This document shows positions 19,663-31,800 of a DNA stretch of 64,000 bases, piece by piece. The first letter of the stretch is position 1, and each line of letters starts with the position of its first letter. This DNA is from Antechinus flavipes (taxonomy: Eukaryota), in NCBI RefSeq assembly GCF_016432865.1, contig NC_067401.1:41292001-41356000 (forward strand), in the 5' to 3' direction. Both the position numbers and the translations under genes were made by a program. The notes beneath the pieces were generated by a model. It was not told the DNA's origin. It did no database searches and saw only the letters and a program-made list of their open reading frames with translations.

Positions 19663-22600
19663 CTGCAGAGAGAGGGAAGCCTGTTTGAAGGGACGTGGCT
19701 CCCCGGGGGATGGCAGGGGACAGTGGTTGCGCTAGCAGGAGGCAGTGCTGCTTAGTGGGTAGAAGGCCTGGGTGTGAATCCTGCCTCCAGTATTTGAGGT
19801 GTAAAAGTTGGTTAAATGGTGTAATTTCTCTGGACCTCGGGTTTCTTATCTAGAAAATGGTGGACAGTCCAAGTACTGGCCCTTGCAGAGGTGTGGGAAG
19901 GACAAAACAGGGAAATAGAGGTAATCCTAAAGTGCCTGAAAAATGTTAACTCCTCTGATCACCCATGGCCCTGAGAAACTGCCCAAAGCTCCTAGCGATG
20001 CTCCGGGGGAACCCACTTGTTGACGTTGCGTTTCAGACTCTCCAGCTGCTGGCGTTCAGGCGCCGTGATCATCTCCTCGATCTCCTGGAGCTGGGCCTCC
20101 TCGGCTCCTGTGGCCTGCATGGAGGCAAGGATGGCTTCTACCCGCTGAGACTTCTCCAGCAGTCGCCTGCCAGGCATGGAGAGAGCCAGCATGAGTGGCT
20201 GCCCGCTGGGTCCCACACTTCCCTTTAGAGAAAGCTTTCTCCTTCTAGGAGCTTTTTAACCTGAAGCCTGGCTTTAGCCTGGCTTCTAGAGGACTTGCCC
20301 TGGAAACCCCCCTGGAAATGGAGCGGCCTCAACCTGAGAGCCCTTAATCCCCCCGCCTCCCACTACAGGATTTATATGGAAGCGTCTGCCTGGTAAACTT
20401 CCCATGAAGTTAGAGGGGAACATTGTGCCTCCAGCCAGAGCTGCCATCCCTGGTCAGGAGCCCGTGGCCCTTCCCTGCCGGCGAAGCTGCTCCATTCTCC
20501 TTTCCTTCTATCCAGGCCCCGTCCCGTCTCAGGGGCGCCTAGAGGGGAATGTCTCTGGACTCCGGGAGCAGCAAAGATGGACCAAAATGTCACTTACTTG
20601 TTCTCTCTGGTCTCAAACTGCCGCCTTTCGATCAAGTTGGCAATGCTCTGGGAAGAGAGGAGAGACACTATGTACCAGCCTAGGAGCAGTTTGGGAAAAG
20701 TGGGCTGAAGCAAGGGATGCCATGGTGGTGACCCCCTTGAGGGAGACGTGTGGGTGGGTACCTTGTAGCAGCGGCGCAGCAGCATCCGGGCAGCAGACAG
20801 CGAGTTCACCGTATACAGGTAGAAGGTCCGGGAAGGCGCGTGGTCCGGCGTCTTGGGGATTTCCTGTATTGCAGAGGGCAGAGCAGACGTGGCATCCCGG
20901 CACCCACAAAGATTCTTTCTCATCAGGCCCCGGCTGACATCCTATACGTATTCCTGCTTCATCTCTTGTCTGTGACTGCCACCAGTGGGGGACACTTTCC
21001 TTCCCAGGATTCCTGCACCCCCTTTCCCTTGACTTCCAAGCCAGTGACACTGGGCTTCTTAATTCTGTATCTATATCTATATATATCTTGGTATAAGACC
21101 CTTCATCATCTTCTCTCTCCCAAGACAAGAGCTAGAATGTTTTTCATCCTGATGTGTATCTCCTGGCCTTCTTCCTCCTCACCTCCACCTCCTGGCCTCC
21201 TTCAATTTGCAGGTAAAATCCAACCTTTCTTCATGCTCCTTTTCTAGCCCCATTTTTTGCTAAAGGCTAGAGCCTTCTCTCTGAGGCTCAGCTCCACCCA
21301 GTACGTATATAAGGTGTGTGCATGCTACCTCCTTCACCCCCTAGAATGAGCTTCCTGAAGAGAGGCCTGGCCATCTCCTGGCACACAGTACAATGCTGCA
21401 TAAATTCTGCCTTCTGACAGGGCAGGAGCTTCCTGGGGACACAGCCCGTGGCTCCTCCTTCCTGCAATCCCAAAGCCTGCTACCAAACCGCCATAGGGCG
21501 ACCACCTCAGGGAATACCCGCCTGCTTGGCAGTACAGTCACTATGCCCTGGTTACCTGTAAGGAGATAAGGTTTTCAGACAGCAACTTATACAGCATGTC
21601 CTTGGCTTCTTTAGCAGGAATCATGGCAAAATCTTCCACCTGTTTCTGCTCCAGGTGCTTTTTCCGCAAAACGAGCCGGAATATCCTGGCACAGCGAGAT
21701 CCAAACCTGGAAGAGGATCAAGGGAGCCCTAAAGCTAGGAGATATGGCACTGGTCCTGCCTCCCATCCAATGGTCAGGGGCTGCCCCTCACTCTCCCAGA
21801 GGCTAATCTTCTATTTTTGTATGAGTGGAGAGGAAGGCATGAGATCCTTCTGAGCTCCAAAAGATCTGCTGAAGATCAGTACCTGGGGCTTGGGATACAG
21901 ATGGGGTACAGCCAATGACCAGACTGGAGACCAGTAAATCAGCATAATAAGAAAGTGGGATTAGTGTTGGGGTCCATGGGAAAGATCTCCACCCAGCTCA
22001 TAATAATGCATGTGCAAGGAATTAGCCTTGAATCACACTAACATGATTCTCAGGTTCCTTTCTGCTCCCCAGGGTCCCCATCAGTTGCAGGAAGGGAAGG
22101 CGGGACAAGGAAGAGAGAGCGACAGTGTGCCTCTGTTCTCACACACAGAAGGGAGTTATTCATTCAAAGCTGCTTCTTACCTTTCTTGCACAATGGACTC
22201 CAGCGTTGCCATAGCTAGGGATGCCAATGCCTTGTGGAGATCTGGGTGGGAGCATTAAGGTCACTGAGCCAGCTTAGGCCTTGTGGGCTGGTCCTGGCTC
22301 TGCAGGTGGATGTGGTTATCATATTGTCTGGACTAGCCATTTGGGGATTGTGAGCAGGCTGTTTTGTGGGTTCACTCACACTATGTGAATGTGGCAAAAC
22401 TCTAGTTCAAAACAGAGCACACCAAAAATTTCTGCTGAACCTGGGCTGACCCCAAGACTTGGCCAAGAAGTTGTTTATTTATTTATTTGGGGGGGGGGGT
22501 GTAGGGAGGATTCTTGCCACTAGATTATATTGTCATTAAACTTTAAAGAAAAATTTGACGTGCAGAAAGAAGTTCCAGATTCAGTGTTCTACTTAATTGT

Positions 22601-25600
22601 GTCTTTTTCTGAATCCCAAGGGAAGGGACAATGTTTCATTAACCAGGATTGCCTAGTATGCATATCTGTGTGGGAAGGATACTGATGACATACATTCCTC
22701 CACCGCTGTCACCCGACTTCCCAACAAACTCCAGCTGCAGGAAGAGAAGAGATTGAGCCTTTTCAAGAGCCCTATGACAACATTATAGGGAACAAAAATG
22801 GTCAGAGGCTTTTGGTAGGCAATCCTCTTGGAAAAGGTTAAAGTGGGAGGATTGCCTGGGACTGGCTGAGAACAAGATTAGAGGAGAATGGCACCAGATG
22901 TCAGTTGTAGAAATACTTCTGGTGAAAAAACAGAAATAGGAAAAAGTCGACTTACTGGGTCATCTGCCAGAAGAGTCAGATACTGATCAAGAACTTGCTT
23001 TGAGATATTATATCCAACAGGGAGAGATCTGAAGATCTGGAGGATAATAAAAGAGTAGTTGGTAGGTGTGTGTTCTTAGCAATTGCTGACATCAAGATAA
23101 ATGACGCCCTGAGGGACAGGGAGAAGAGTCAATTCCATAGAGATCTGAAAGGGAAGTCCTTAGGCTTGGAAGTATTCTCGTAGAACCAGCAGGAAACATA
23201 CTAATGGACAGTCACAAATTGGTCAGGGAGGGAAATCAGGTAATGTTATAGGTTATTCAATTTTGTAGGCTGGGACATTGGGCACTGAATCGTATCTCAT
23301 CAGTTATGGTTTTTGGTGTGATTTATAAGCATTTCCTAATTTAATCTCAATATGCACCTTATCTGTCTCTCTTCATGCATTCATCTAGCTAAAGTGCCCA
23401 GCTAGCTGTTGGCCTGTGTTGGCAGGGATGGTGTCCTCATATAATTTTTTTAAAGGCAACTGGGGGTTAAGTGGCAGGGTCATGCAGCTAGTAAATGTTT
23501 GAGGCTGTGTTCAAACTAAGATTCTCTTGTCTCTAGGGCTTGTGTTCTCCCCACTGTACCACCTAGCTGTCCTTGGTGCCCCCATATTTAAAGTATTCCT
23601 TCCTCACCTATGCCCCTTAGAATTCTCAACTTCCTTTGCTGCCTTTCCAGGTTTCCTTTTCAAGTTACGCACAGGCTGTCCCTAAAATCTTTTTTTAGTC
23701 CAGCTTTTTAAAGGTTTGGTAGCTTTTGGAACTTTTGGGACACTTTTTACCTATTTAATATGCTTTGCATTTACTTATCTATGTACAGATATACATATAG
23801 TGAATTTCCCCCCCAGGGCAGAATGAATACTAGTACAGATAGTTTTTTTGTAGAACATGCTTAGCACCTATGACAATGTCTAACACAAATGTTAAATCCA
23901 TGTTGGATAAATCGATCTGAAAAAAATAAAGCTTTCATTTCTTTCTGCTTCTACTTCCCACTCCATCCTGAGTACCTGCTCATCACAAGAAGATTAAGTG
24001 CATTACACAGCCACCTAGAGAGAAAGGCAAAGCTGTGGTAAGGGCAGTAAGGCACTCACCTCATTTGAAGACAGGGGTTGAGTGAAGGGAGCACCAGAGG
24101 AAGTGGTGATTTCGCTCATTCGCAGCATGGTCCGGACAATCTCGCTGCTGGTCTATTGGAACAGTGTGACATTTAGAACTCTGTCCCAAGGTCCCTGTTC
24201 TGCCCTGCACCTACAGTCACATGCAGCAAGGCAGGAGAGACCCATCCCTTTCAGATACCTGATCCATTCTATTGGCTACTGCGCTCACAATAGACTGGTC
24301 TCGGAAATGCTGGTGGAATCTATCAAGGTTGGCCTGCCAGTAAATGCCATCATCTGGAATTGGCTGTGAATGGAGAGGCAGAGTCAAGGAGTCAGGGGAA
24401 CTGTAGGCATGAACTCTTTTCGAAAAGCACAGAGCTCCTGGAAAATGCACGGGGTGATTTCAGAACAGAGTATTCTCCGTTGGTCTGGCCCGGCAGAAGA
24501 CTTCCCTTCTGATGCTGCTCCGTGATCAGTGAGGTCAGGCCCTTCTATCTCTTATCTGAGCAGCTCTGCCATCCTTGGGGCATGTCCACTCCAGAACTGG
24601 CCTGTCTGGAGAGGAGTGGTCCCAGCCACGAAGCTCTTTGCTTTTACCTCTTTGCTCTCTGCTGTTTGTTTGGGCCGCTTGGGCCTAGGTTCTCCGGCTG
24701 CATCGTCATCAGATGATCGTCTCCTCTTTCCTTTTCCTGCCAGATTAAGACAATTCAGTTATTGTCCTTCTGCAAGTAGAAGGGACTAAACATAAAGACA
24801 TGGGTGGGAGACTCTCAGTCTTTTAGAGATGTAGAAGTTATTTCTATAGAAGTTCTGAGGAGCCCCAGAAAACTGAAGATTTTCACCTGGTGACTAACGG
24901 ATGGAACAGGGCTGGGAAGAGCTGATTCTCAGCTTTGAGGGCACTGACCACAAGGGAAGACACTTTCTGAAAGGTACACCTCATGTCTCAAAAAGCCAGA
25001 TAGGTCTGGCAGGACACTCCTTACCTATAAGGTTTAGTTTGGGGACCAGGTACATGTCCTTCTCATTGATGCTAAGTGTTGGGGCAGGTGGTGGTGGCTG
25101 AGCCTCAGCACTTTCTGGGGGATCAGGAACGAGGGGGCATCGCTGTACAAAGTGTGTGTCTGCTAAACGGCAAAATGTGCTGGATACCTCTGCATAGTCC
25201 ATGGTTTTCCCATCTGTAACAAAGACAGTAGAGAGCAAATGGGCTGGGCTGTGATTGCTGAAGATCCACAGAAAGACCGGGGATCAACTTACCCTCCATG
25301 GTCTCCGTGAGTCGGTCTGCTACCTTCTTTACCACGGCCGACATGGTCATCTTCCCATTGAGCAGGAGTTCCTCCACGATCAGCTCTCCCGTGTCACTGT
25401 ACAAAGTCTTGGCTGTGTAGATATAGCGGGGATACCTCAGGATGCGCAGAATACGGCTGCAGTGGGCTTCATATTCCACAATGCCCCGTTTGTGTATCTG
25501 GTATGTCACCAGGTTATGTTGGATAAGGACACACAGGGCTTTTTTCACCTGGCAGGCCCAAGAAAAAGAAGAGGAAACACAACTCATGACAGTTCTAGTA

Positions 25601-27153
25601 TTCTTGAGAGGGACATGTCGGTGAATCAAAAAACACTTATTTGGTGCCACCATGTGCCAAGCATTGGAGACATAAAGGAAGGTGTTTAGATGGGGGAATG
25701 ATGGTGGTAATAATATGTATCTAAATAGGTAAATACAAGACACAGAGTAGATGAACAAAAATCATTGTTCTAGCAGATTAGGAAAGAGGGAGAGACTGAG
25801 GATGGATTTCTGTAGAGAATGATGTTTGAGCTGAGTCTTGAAGGAAGCCAAGGATTCAGAGACAGAGATGAGAAGGGAAAGCAGGTCTGTTTTATCAGCT
25901 AGGTGACCTGGCAAGTGGCTTAATCTGAGTCTTAGTTTTCTCTGCCAAATGGACATCATCATAACTTTAGCATCTTCTTCATAAGGATGTCGTGAGGTGG
26001 AAAAGAGCACTTTGCACACCTTCAAGAATCTCATCAGTGATTTGCTAGGAACTCCCTACTTTCTTTCTACCAAAAGAACAAACAGAAGCCTTTCCCATCT
26101 TGGTGACTCTTTCCTTTGATTTTTCCCCTTGAAAGCAATCATCCTTTATTTTATGGGTTATATCAGCAATTCTCAAAGTGGGTCTGGGTAGCCTTACAGG
26201 TCCTGAGACCCTCCTGGGAGTCACTGAAGTCAAGAATATTTTCAAAATAATACTGAGATGTTTTAATTTTTATACAGCAAATATCAATAGACACCATCCA
26301 CAGAAATAGAAGCTCTTGGGGGAATTTCTCTCAATGTTTACAAGTGTAAAGAAGTCCAGGGACTTAACAAGTTTGAGAACAGTTGGTATAGTGTTAAAAG
26401 GACAAAAAAGTGATAGCTTTACATCCTGGATTTTTATCACTTGGGAATCCTAAGAGCTGGGGCAACTCATTTAATATATTTGGCCCTGAGCTTCCTCATC
26501 TTTAAAATAAGGAGGCTGGAATAAATAATTCCTAAGATTCCTTCCCACTATAGATCTATAATCTCATTTCCACCTGCCTGCTCTTATTTTCTCTAACTTT
26601 TCTAGCAAAATTAGCATTGGTAAATTTTCTTAAGATCCAATTAGTCTTGGTATTCATACCTCATTGCCCTCTGACCCTCTGTTGGAAGGCAGAGCTATGA
26701 AATACTTCAACCTACAGCAGTAGGGGAGACTTCATTCCCATTGGATTTAATTCATTTTGGATTTCTTTTTACTCCTTTCCCCTTCAACTTTCTTTAAGAT
26801 ATTGTTTTCTCCAATTAGATTTTAAGCTCCCTGAGGGTAAGGCTTGTCATTCTTTTTTTCCTATTTACATACCTAATTTAGCCAGGAGCTGGCACATAGA
26901 AGGGGCTTAATAAATATTGATGACTATTGACTATCAGTAGATTCCCCTTTCAACAAGACTTCATTTGGATCCCAACTGGGGCAAAGCAGATGTTGTACAG
27001 ACTTACCTGATCTAGTGATGTCCCTGTGTCATGAACAATTGCTCTCAATGGTTGGCTGCCTGTTCTGATGAGATGAGTTCCGATTTTATCCACTATCTCT
27101 CCAAAATGTTCTTGGAGCAGCAAAGAACATAATTTAATTTCTGCTTGAGTCAT
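19581..27153 (-). CDS. POLR3C: RNA polymerase III subunit C (RPC3/RPC62), 14 coding exons, 535 aa, intact
   Basis: complement join(27007-27153,25293-25548,25025-25213,24648-24736,24259-24363,24060-24152,22956-23036,22683-22734,22181-22241,21556-21706,20762-20863,20598-20647,20017-20166,19581-19662) = 1608 nt, from MTQAEIKLCSLLLQEHFGEIV to STMKRS*. An acceptor 20 nt upstream of the ATG (exon starts at 27173) implies a non-coding first exon near 28250-28330. Confidence 0.97.
20017..20166 (-). CDS. POLR3C: POLR3C coding exon 13
   Basis: RLLEKSQRVEAILASMQATGAEEAQLQEIEEMITAPERQQLESLKRNVN. Confidence 0.96.
20598..20647 (-). CDS. POLR3C: POLR3C coding exon 12
   Basis: SIANLIERRQFETREN. Confidence 0.95.
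20762..20863 (-). CDS. POLR3C: POLR3C coding exon 11
   Basis: EIPKTPDHAPSRTFYLYTVNSLSAARMLLRRCYK. Confidence 0.96.
21556..21706 (-). CDS. POLR3C: POLR3C coding exon 10
   Basis: FGSRCARIFRLVLRKKHLEQKQVEDFAMIPAKEAKDMLYKLLSENLISLQ. Confidence 0.96.
22181..22241 (-). CDS. POLR3C: POLR3C coding exon 9
   Basis: (N)LHKALASLAMATLESIVQE. Confidence 0.95.
22242..22682 (-). other. POLR3C: U12-type (minor spliceosome) GT-AG intron of POLR3C
   Basis: 5' splice site GTATCCTTCC; branch site CCTTAAT at 22260-22254, 12 nt before the end of the CAG acceptor; no long pyrimidine tract. Confidence 0.85.
22683..22734 (-). CDS. POLR3C: POLR3C coding exon 8
   Basis: LEFVGKSGDSGGGMYVI; followed by a GTATCCTT donor. 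Confidence 0.95.
22956..23036 (-). CDS. POLR3C: POLR3C coding exon 7
   Basis: IFRSLPVGYNISKQVLDQYLTLLADDP. Confidence 0.96.
24060..24152 (-). CDS. POLR3C: POLR3C coding exon 6
   Basis: TSSEIVRTMLRMSEITTSSGAPFTQPLSSNE. Confidence 0.96.
24259..24363 (-). CDS. POLR3C: POLR3C coding exon 5
   Basis: PIPDDGIYWQANLDRFHQHFRDQSIVSAVANRMDQ. Confidence 0.96.
24648..24736 (-). CDS. POLR3C: POLR3C coding exon 4
   Basis: KGKRRRSSDDDAAGEPRPKRPKQTAESKE. Confidence 0.94.
25025..25213 (-). CDS. POLR3C: POLR3C coding exon 3
   Basis: GKTMDYAEVSSTFCRLADTHFVQRCP...MYLVPKLNLI. Confidence 0.95.
25293..25548 (-). CDS. POLR3C: POLR3C coding exon 2
   Basis: VKKALCVLIQHNLV...VADRLTETME. Confidence 0.96.
25590..25900 (-). 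mobile_element. L2 LINE fragment in a POLR3C intron
   Basis: cacttatttggtgccaccatgtgccaagcattggaga...gtttgagctgagtcttgaagga. Confidence 0.65.
26164..26385. mobile_element. hAT-Charlie-type non-autonomous DNA transposon
   Basis: Degenerate terminal inverted repeats cagcaattctcaaa ... tttgagaacagttg. Confidence 0.65.
27007..27153 (-). CDS. POLR3C: POLR3C first coding exon
   Basis: MTQAEIKLCSLLLQEHFGEIVDKIGTHLIRTGSQPLRAIVHDTGTSLDQ. Confidence 0.95.
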
Positions 27154-27599
27154 TGTGTTATGAAGTTTCAGTACTAGGAAACTGGACCTAATAAAATGAT
27201 TAAAATTAAAAATGTTAAAAATGAAAAAAAAAAAAAAAAAGGCCTCTGCTACCTCGTCTTCTTAAGTAGAGGTTGAGGAGAGATTTCCCAATGATAAATT
27301 TACTGGGAGTCAAAGAAGTGCAAACTAAGTGCAGCAGGAGAAGGCAAGGAAAAAGTTAAATGATGGAAAATACCTAGGTAGAAACTGGATGATGACGACG
27401 TTTGGCTCTTTAATAGTAAATTTTAGAGCACAAATTCACACTCCTGGGTAGCATTAAAGTCCCAGAAAAATAAACAAGAAATGAATGAAATCGCACTTAT
27501 TAATAAGTACTTACTAAAGACGCACTGACTAAGGTATAAAGCAACTGAACTGAGTTCTTAGCATGTGAAATAGAACAAAAGACGGAACAAAAAAGAATG

Positions 27600-27780
27600 A
27601 GAGCAATTAGGTGGCCCAAAGGATAGCGCATCGGCCCTAGAGCCAGGGGATCTGAGTTCAAATCCCACCTCAAGAACTTGATAGTGACCAGCTGTGTGAT
27701 CCTAGACAAGTCACTTAACCCTGACTGATTTGCCAAAAAACAAAAACAAAAAATGACAGAGAAACAAAAAAAAATTAATT
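27600..27780 (+). mobile_element. WSINE1-like SINE
   Basis: A-box-like ggtggcccaaaggatag, B-box gagttcaaatccc, core gacaagtcacttaaccc, A-rich tail. Confidence 0.82.
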
Positions 27781-28679
27781 CTGTAAAGAAATGGAATGTT
27801 TAAAACTCGAAAGCTCTTTCTAAAGAAAAGCCCCAGTCCTTCAAAGGAAGAAAAGTTCTTTATGGAGACCAGGGGAAAGAGGTGAAAAAAGGCGGGAAGA
27901 CTGGATGCTGGGACGTCCAGACGGGAGTGGACCCCGAGACACCGGCCTTGGGAGAAGGGCAGTGTGTGTCTACAATCAGGCACCGTGTCCCATCGAGGGC
28001 CCATCCCTGGCTCTGCTCCAGGCCATATCGACTCTAAGTTCCTTGAGGGCAGGCACCACAGCGCCTGGCACATATGTTTAAGAGAACTAAATTGAATTGC
28101 TTCCTTCCATCTCCTTCCCGGTACACCCCCTAGAACAAGATGGATTTCCCTCCTTTGCCTCCCCGTTCTCGCGATTAGTTCGGGCCCAGTCTCTGCTTCC
28201 GGTTCCGAACGCGGAACCTTGTTGCTTACAATCACGATTCCGTCCTCACTCGTATAGTATCTGAGACAGTGCGCCGGGGAGACCACCTGAATAGAACTCT
28301 TCCGCGTTGCTCACAACTGCTTCCGGGTCTTCTGAGGCCGCAGGGGCTCTCACGCTCTTTCCGCTCCCGAGGGCGGGGGTAGAGCAGGAAGGGATAAAGA
28401 GTATGCCACTCTACACGCCCTCCCAGTTCTTCGCGATTTCCGGGCAGACGAGTCCCTTCTTCTCACTAGCCCGCAGGAGAACTGACGTTTGGGAGCCGTC
28501 GGGCTGGGGGGTTAGCGGGAGGCGCCGCTCTACTGGCCGCGCCGGAAGAGCCTCTCTTTCCCTCGCCTCGTTGGTCGCGGGCTTGGGGAGTGGTTTGGCT
28601 GTAGCCGGCGCATCCCTCTCGTTGGTGCCTCAGCGGAGTCACGTGACACGGGACCGCTGGTGCTGCCGGCTCCGGCTAG

Positions 28680-28709
28680 GGAGGAGGAGGAGGAGGAGGA
28701 GGAGGAGGA
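28680..28709 (+). repeat. (GGA)10 trinucleotide repeat in the RNF115 5' region
   Basis: Directly visible. Confidence 0.95.
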
Positions 28710-28762
28710 CCGGGCTGTGGCAGCGGGCGGGAGGGCGGCCGGCCGGACGGGCACGGGAGAAG

Positions 28763-28864
28763 ATGGCGGAGGCCTCGGCGGCTGGTGCGGGCGCGGGCGC
28801 CGCCGTCCCCCCGCACCGCTTCTTCTGCCACTGCTGTAAGGGCGAGGTCAGCCCCAAGCTGCCG
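28763..28864 (+). CDS. RNF115: RNF115 exon 1
   Basis: MAEASAAG...RFFCHCCKGEVSPKLP; donor GTAAGA. Confidence 0.95.
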
Positions 28865-31800
28865 GTAAGAGACCCGCCCCCCATCCCCCGCCCCGGGGCT
28901 CCCACGGGAGATCCCTCGCTTCTCAGCGGGGAGCCCGACCCCGACTCTCCTTCCTCTCCCCCAGGCTTTCCCTTCTCTGCCGTGGGAGGGGGATCCTGAA
29001 CCTCTCCTCTCCCCGTATCCGCTTCTTCTCCCCTTTCTTCTCTCCCAGTCCCTCCCTGTCCTTGGACCCCCTCGCCCCGGGGAGCTCCGTGCCGCCTTCT
29101 CCTCGGGGCTCCTTTGTGGGCACCGTGCCCCCCCCTCACCTCTCCGGCTTCTCGCGTTTCCCCGCTCCTGCACTCCTGGTCTTCATCCTTTAGGGTTTCT
29201 CCTCTACTTTATTCCACGTTTCCTTCTCCCCGCCTGCGGGTGAGGATAACGGATCCGCGCTCCAGGGGGTCCTCTCGGGGGGGGAGGGGAGGTGCAGAGG
29301 CGGCTGGGGGCTGGAGGGGAGCCTCGTGAAAGTGAAGGAGCCCGGCTGCCCTCCCCTCTCTGCACTGCCTGGGAGGGCTGCCTTGTTTCAGCAGGGGACC
29401 TCGGGTCCTGGTGTCAGGCAGCTCTTCTCACCGTTCCACCCCCACCCCCCTCATTGAAAAAAGTGCTGCAGGAGCAGAATGTAGGCTACTGCATTCTCTG
29501 ACGTACAGCTGGTGTTCACCTGGTTCTGCTGGACTCCCTCTTTGTCCTCCGAAGGGAAGCTGCCCCCCGCCCCCGCCCCGGGGCTTGGTCCGCGGTGCGG
29601 GCACACACTGAAGCACGTTCCCTGGGCGGCTTCGGGCTCTTCCTGTGCTTCCGAGGGGCCCATGCTTCCCTCCAGGTACGGGGTTAAGGGCAGCCTCCAG
29701 CCCAGACACAGCGCCAAGTGCTCTTGGCAAAGCCGGGACTCTCAGCCGTCCCAATGCTGTGGGCAGGGAAGTGTCTGCCAGCGGAAGGTCCTGCTCCTGA
29801 ATTTAATCTAGAAAGAATTGGGCTTGAATTTGTTTTCTTCTGCTCTGTTTCCCCCACACCCTCCAAAGCCATCTTCAGTTTCATCTCTGCTGCTCGATCT
29901 TGGTTGCTGACTTGGCAGTTTTCCCACAGCGTTTTGATTCCTTTGGGAAGAGCAGCTCTCTTGCTCTCCCTGTCAAGCCGACCTGGAAACCTTCGTTGAC
30001 CTCAGGATCAGGGAGAAGGAATCTCAGCTCTGGTTGGGCCTGTGTGATCTGTGCCATGCTGTGGAATTTGTGGAGCAGCCGCAGCCTCTCCTCTGTTCTG
30101 CTCTTTAACCTCCTGTTCTCCGTATTACTGTAGGAGCCTGAAATGGAAAACTCAAGGAAACGTTTAGTACTTTTGCTGTTTCCCTGTTTGTTCCCTAATA
30201 CAACTATCTCTCCCCCCACCCCTTTGAATATTCTAAGGTGTTTTCTAAAGGCGCAATAGAAATAACAGTGTCATGCAAAGGAATCCACCAGACTTTTTTA
30301 GTTTTGGCATACTCTATATAGTTGGGTTAGGCCTCAGTAAAATACTTACCAAGCGCCTGCTGTGACTAAACAAGGCATAGGTACTGTGAACACACTTGGC
30401 AATACCAAGAAATGTTACAGAGCCCCCATCCTCAAGGAACTTGGAAGACTGAAGAGAGCAGTTCTTGCTGTCTTTTATTGTTAATTCTGAGTAAATGTTG
30501 GCAGTGATAAACACTAAAGGAATTAGGAGAGAAAAAACTAGTTTTGAACTGGAATTGTGTAAGAAGTGACAGGGCTTTAGTAGAGTTTTGGGAAGGATAA
30601 AAAAATTTTAGGAAGGAGGCAGGTGGAAGGTATCCCAGGTGCTGGGAAATGCTGCATGTAAAGGTGGAAATCCGAAGAGGGAAATACATAAAGCATATTT
30701 GGGTTTGATTATCTTTAACTCTTCTTGCTTTTCTGCTTAGTGTTTTGCCCTTCTTAGAAGTAGGATAAACTGAATCATAAATGGTTGTGTAGAAAACAGT
30801 TGTCCGAGTTTAGGTTTGTAATTTAGTTGTGCTATATTTGTTAATGAATCACTACAGTCTAGGGTCAAAAACTATATTTCTAACCTTTTGAGAAGATATA
30901 CCTTGAGTCACAAGGAAAACACACCAAAAAGTATCGGGATCATTATAATCTGCTAACTCCTAGTAGAAAAGCACCCCAAAGTATATGATAGGTCATTAAC
31001 AAAATCTTCATATGGAAACAAAAGGAAGGGCTAGGAACTGGTCCTGTGATTTCATTGGTCTCAATAGAGGTCAGCAACTCCTGCAGCTTCTTTTCTGCAG
31101 GTGGTGTGATTTGTCTTGGATCACATAACTGAGGTGGGATAGACATAGGATTTGAACCCACTTCTTTCTAGCTTAGAGGCTGGCTATTTGTCCATTGTGC
31201 TATGGACTGATAGCGCTTCAAAAGTATTGAACTCTTTTCACATCTTTTTTAGTGACCTTGAGTGCTATTATTATGCCTCTGGATGAATGAGGTAAGCTCA
31301 GCTCAGCTTCACATGCAAAAAGGCTTTTTAAAGTTTGGTTGATATTCCTCCTGGGGAGCTGATTTTTACTGTACTAGTTGGGTGACTGCAGCACCATCCC
31401 CCCACGAGATCTGTCCTCTCTGTGCATCAGGGACTCTATCAAATTTCCATTGGCCTTTAATGAGCACCTTGGGTAGGTTTTTGCAGTATTGGTAGAGGGG
31501 ACTGCCCTAAAGCTGTACTATTTCATTGTCATTGTGCCTGGTTAGTTTAAGAGATGTGGTTATGATGAATGAACCAACTTTTACAGATCTGTATCCTTCT
31601 GCATCATGTTAGTAATGCAAGATAATGATATATTTTAAATCAAAGGTACAAAGCACTAGTGCATAAGCCAGTTTCATCTCATTTTAGCAAGAATTAGAAA
31701 GATCTTCTTCCGGGATTTAGGTCATCTTAGTGTTTCTGAAAGTGTTTACAGATATCAATAGCTATGAATTATAGGATTTCTCTCTGAAATTGCCCCTCTG

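Larger units (their letters stand above)
28100..29300. promoter_or_regulatory. Bidirectional CpG-island promoter of POLR3C (-) and RNF115 (+)
   Basis: Head-to-head arrangement; ETS sites CTTCCGG at 28196-28202 and 28320-28326 and CCGGAAG at 28542-28548; GTCACGTGAC at 28638-28647. Confidence 0.85.

Noticed and set aside
27600-27700. tRNA-like A and B boxes
   Set aside because: Part of a SINE head followed by the CORE domain and an A tail; no cloverleaf. I recognised no true tRNA, rRNA or snRNA gene in the window.
28307-28762. Open frame continuous with RNF115, including an in-frame ATG at 28403 (120-codon N-terminal extension)
   Set aside because: That ATG lies in the middle of the bidirectional promoter, probably upstream of the RNF115 TSS; GC content and the GGA repeat explain the lack of stops. 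TSS mapping would be needed to revive it.
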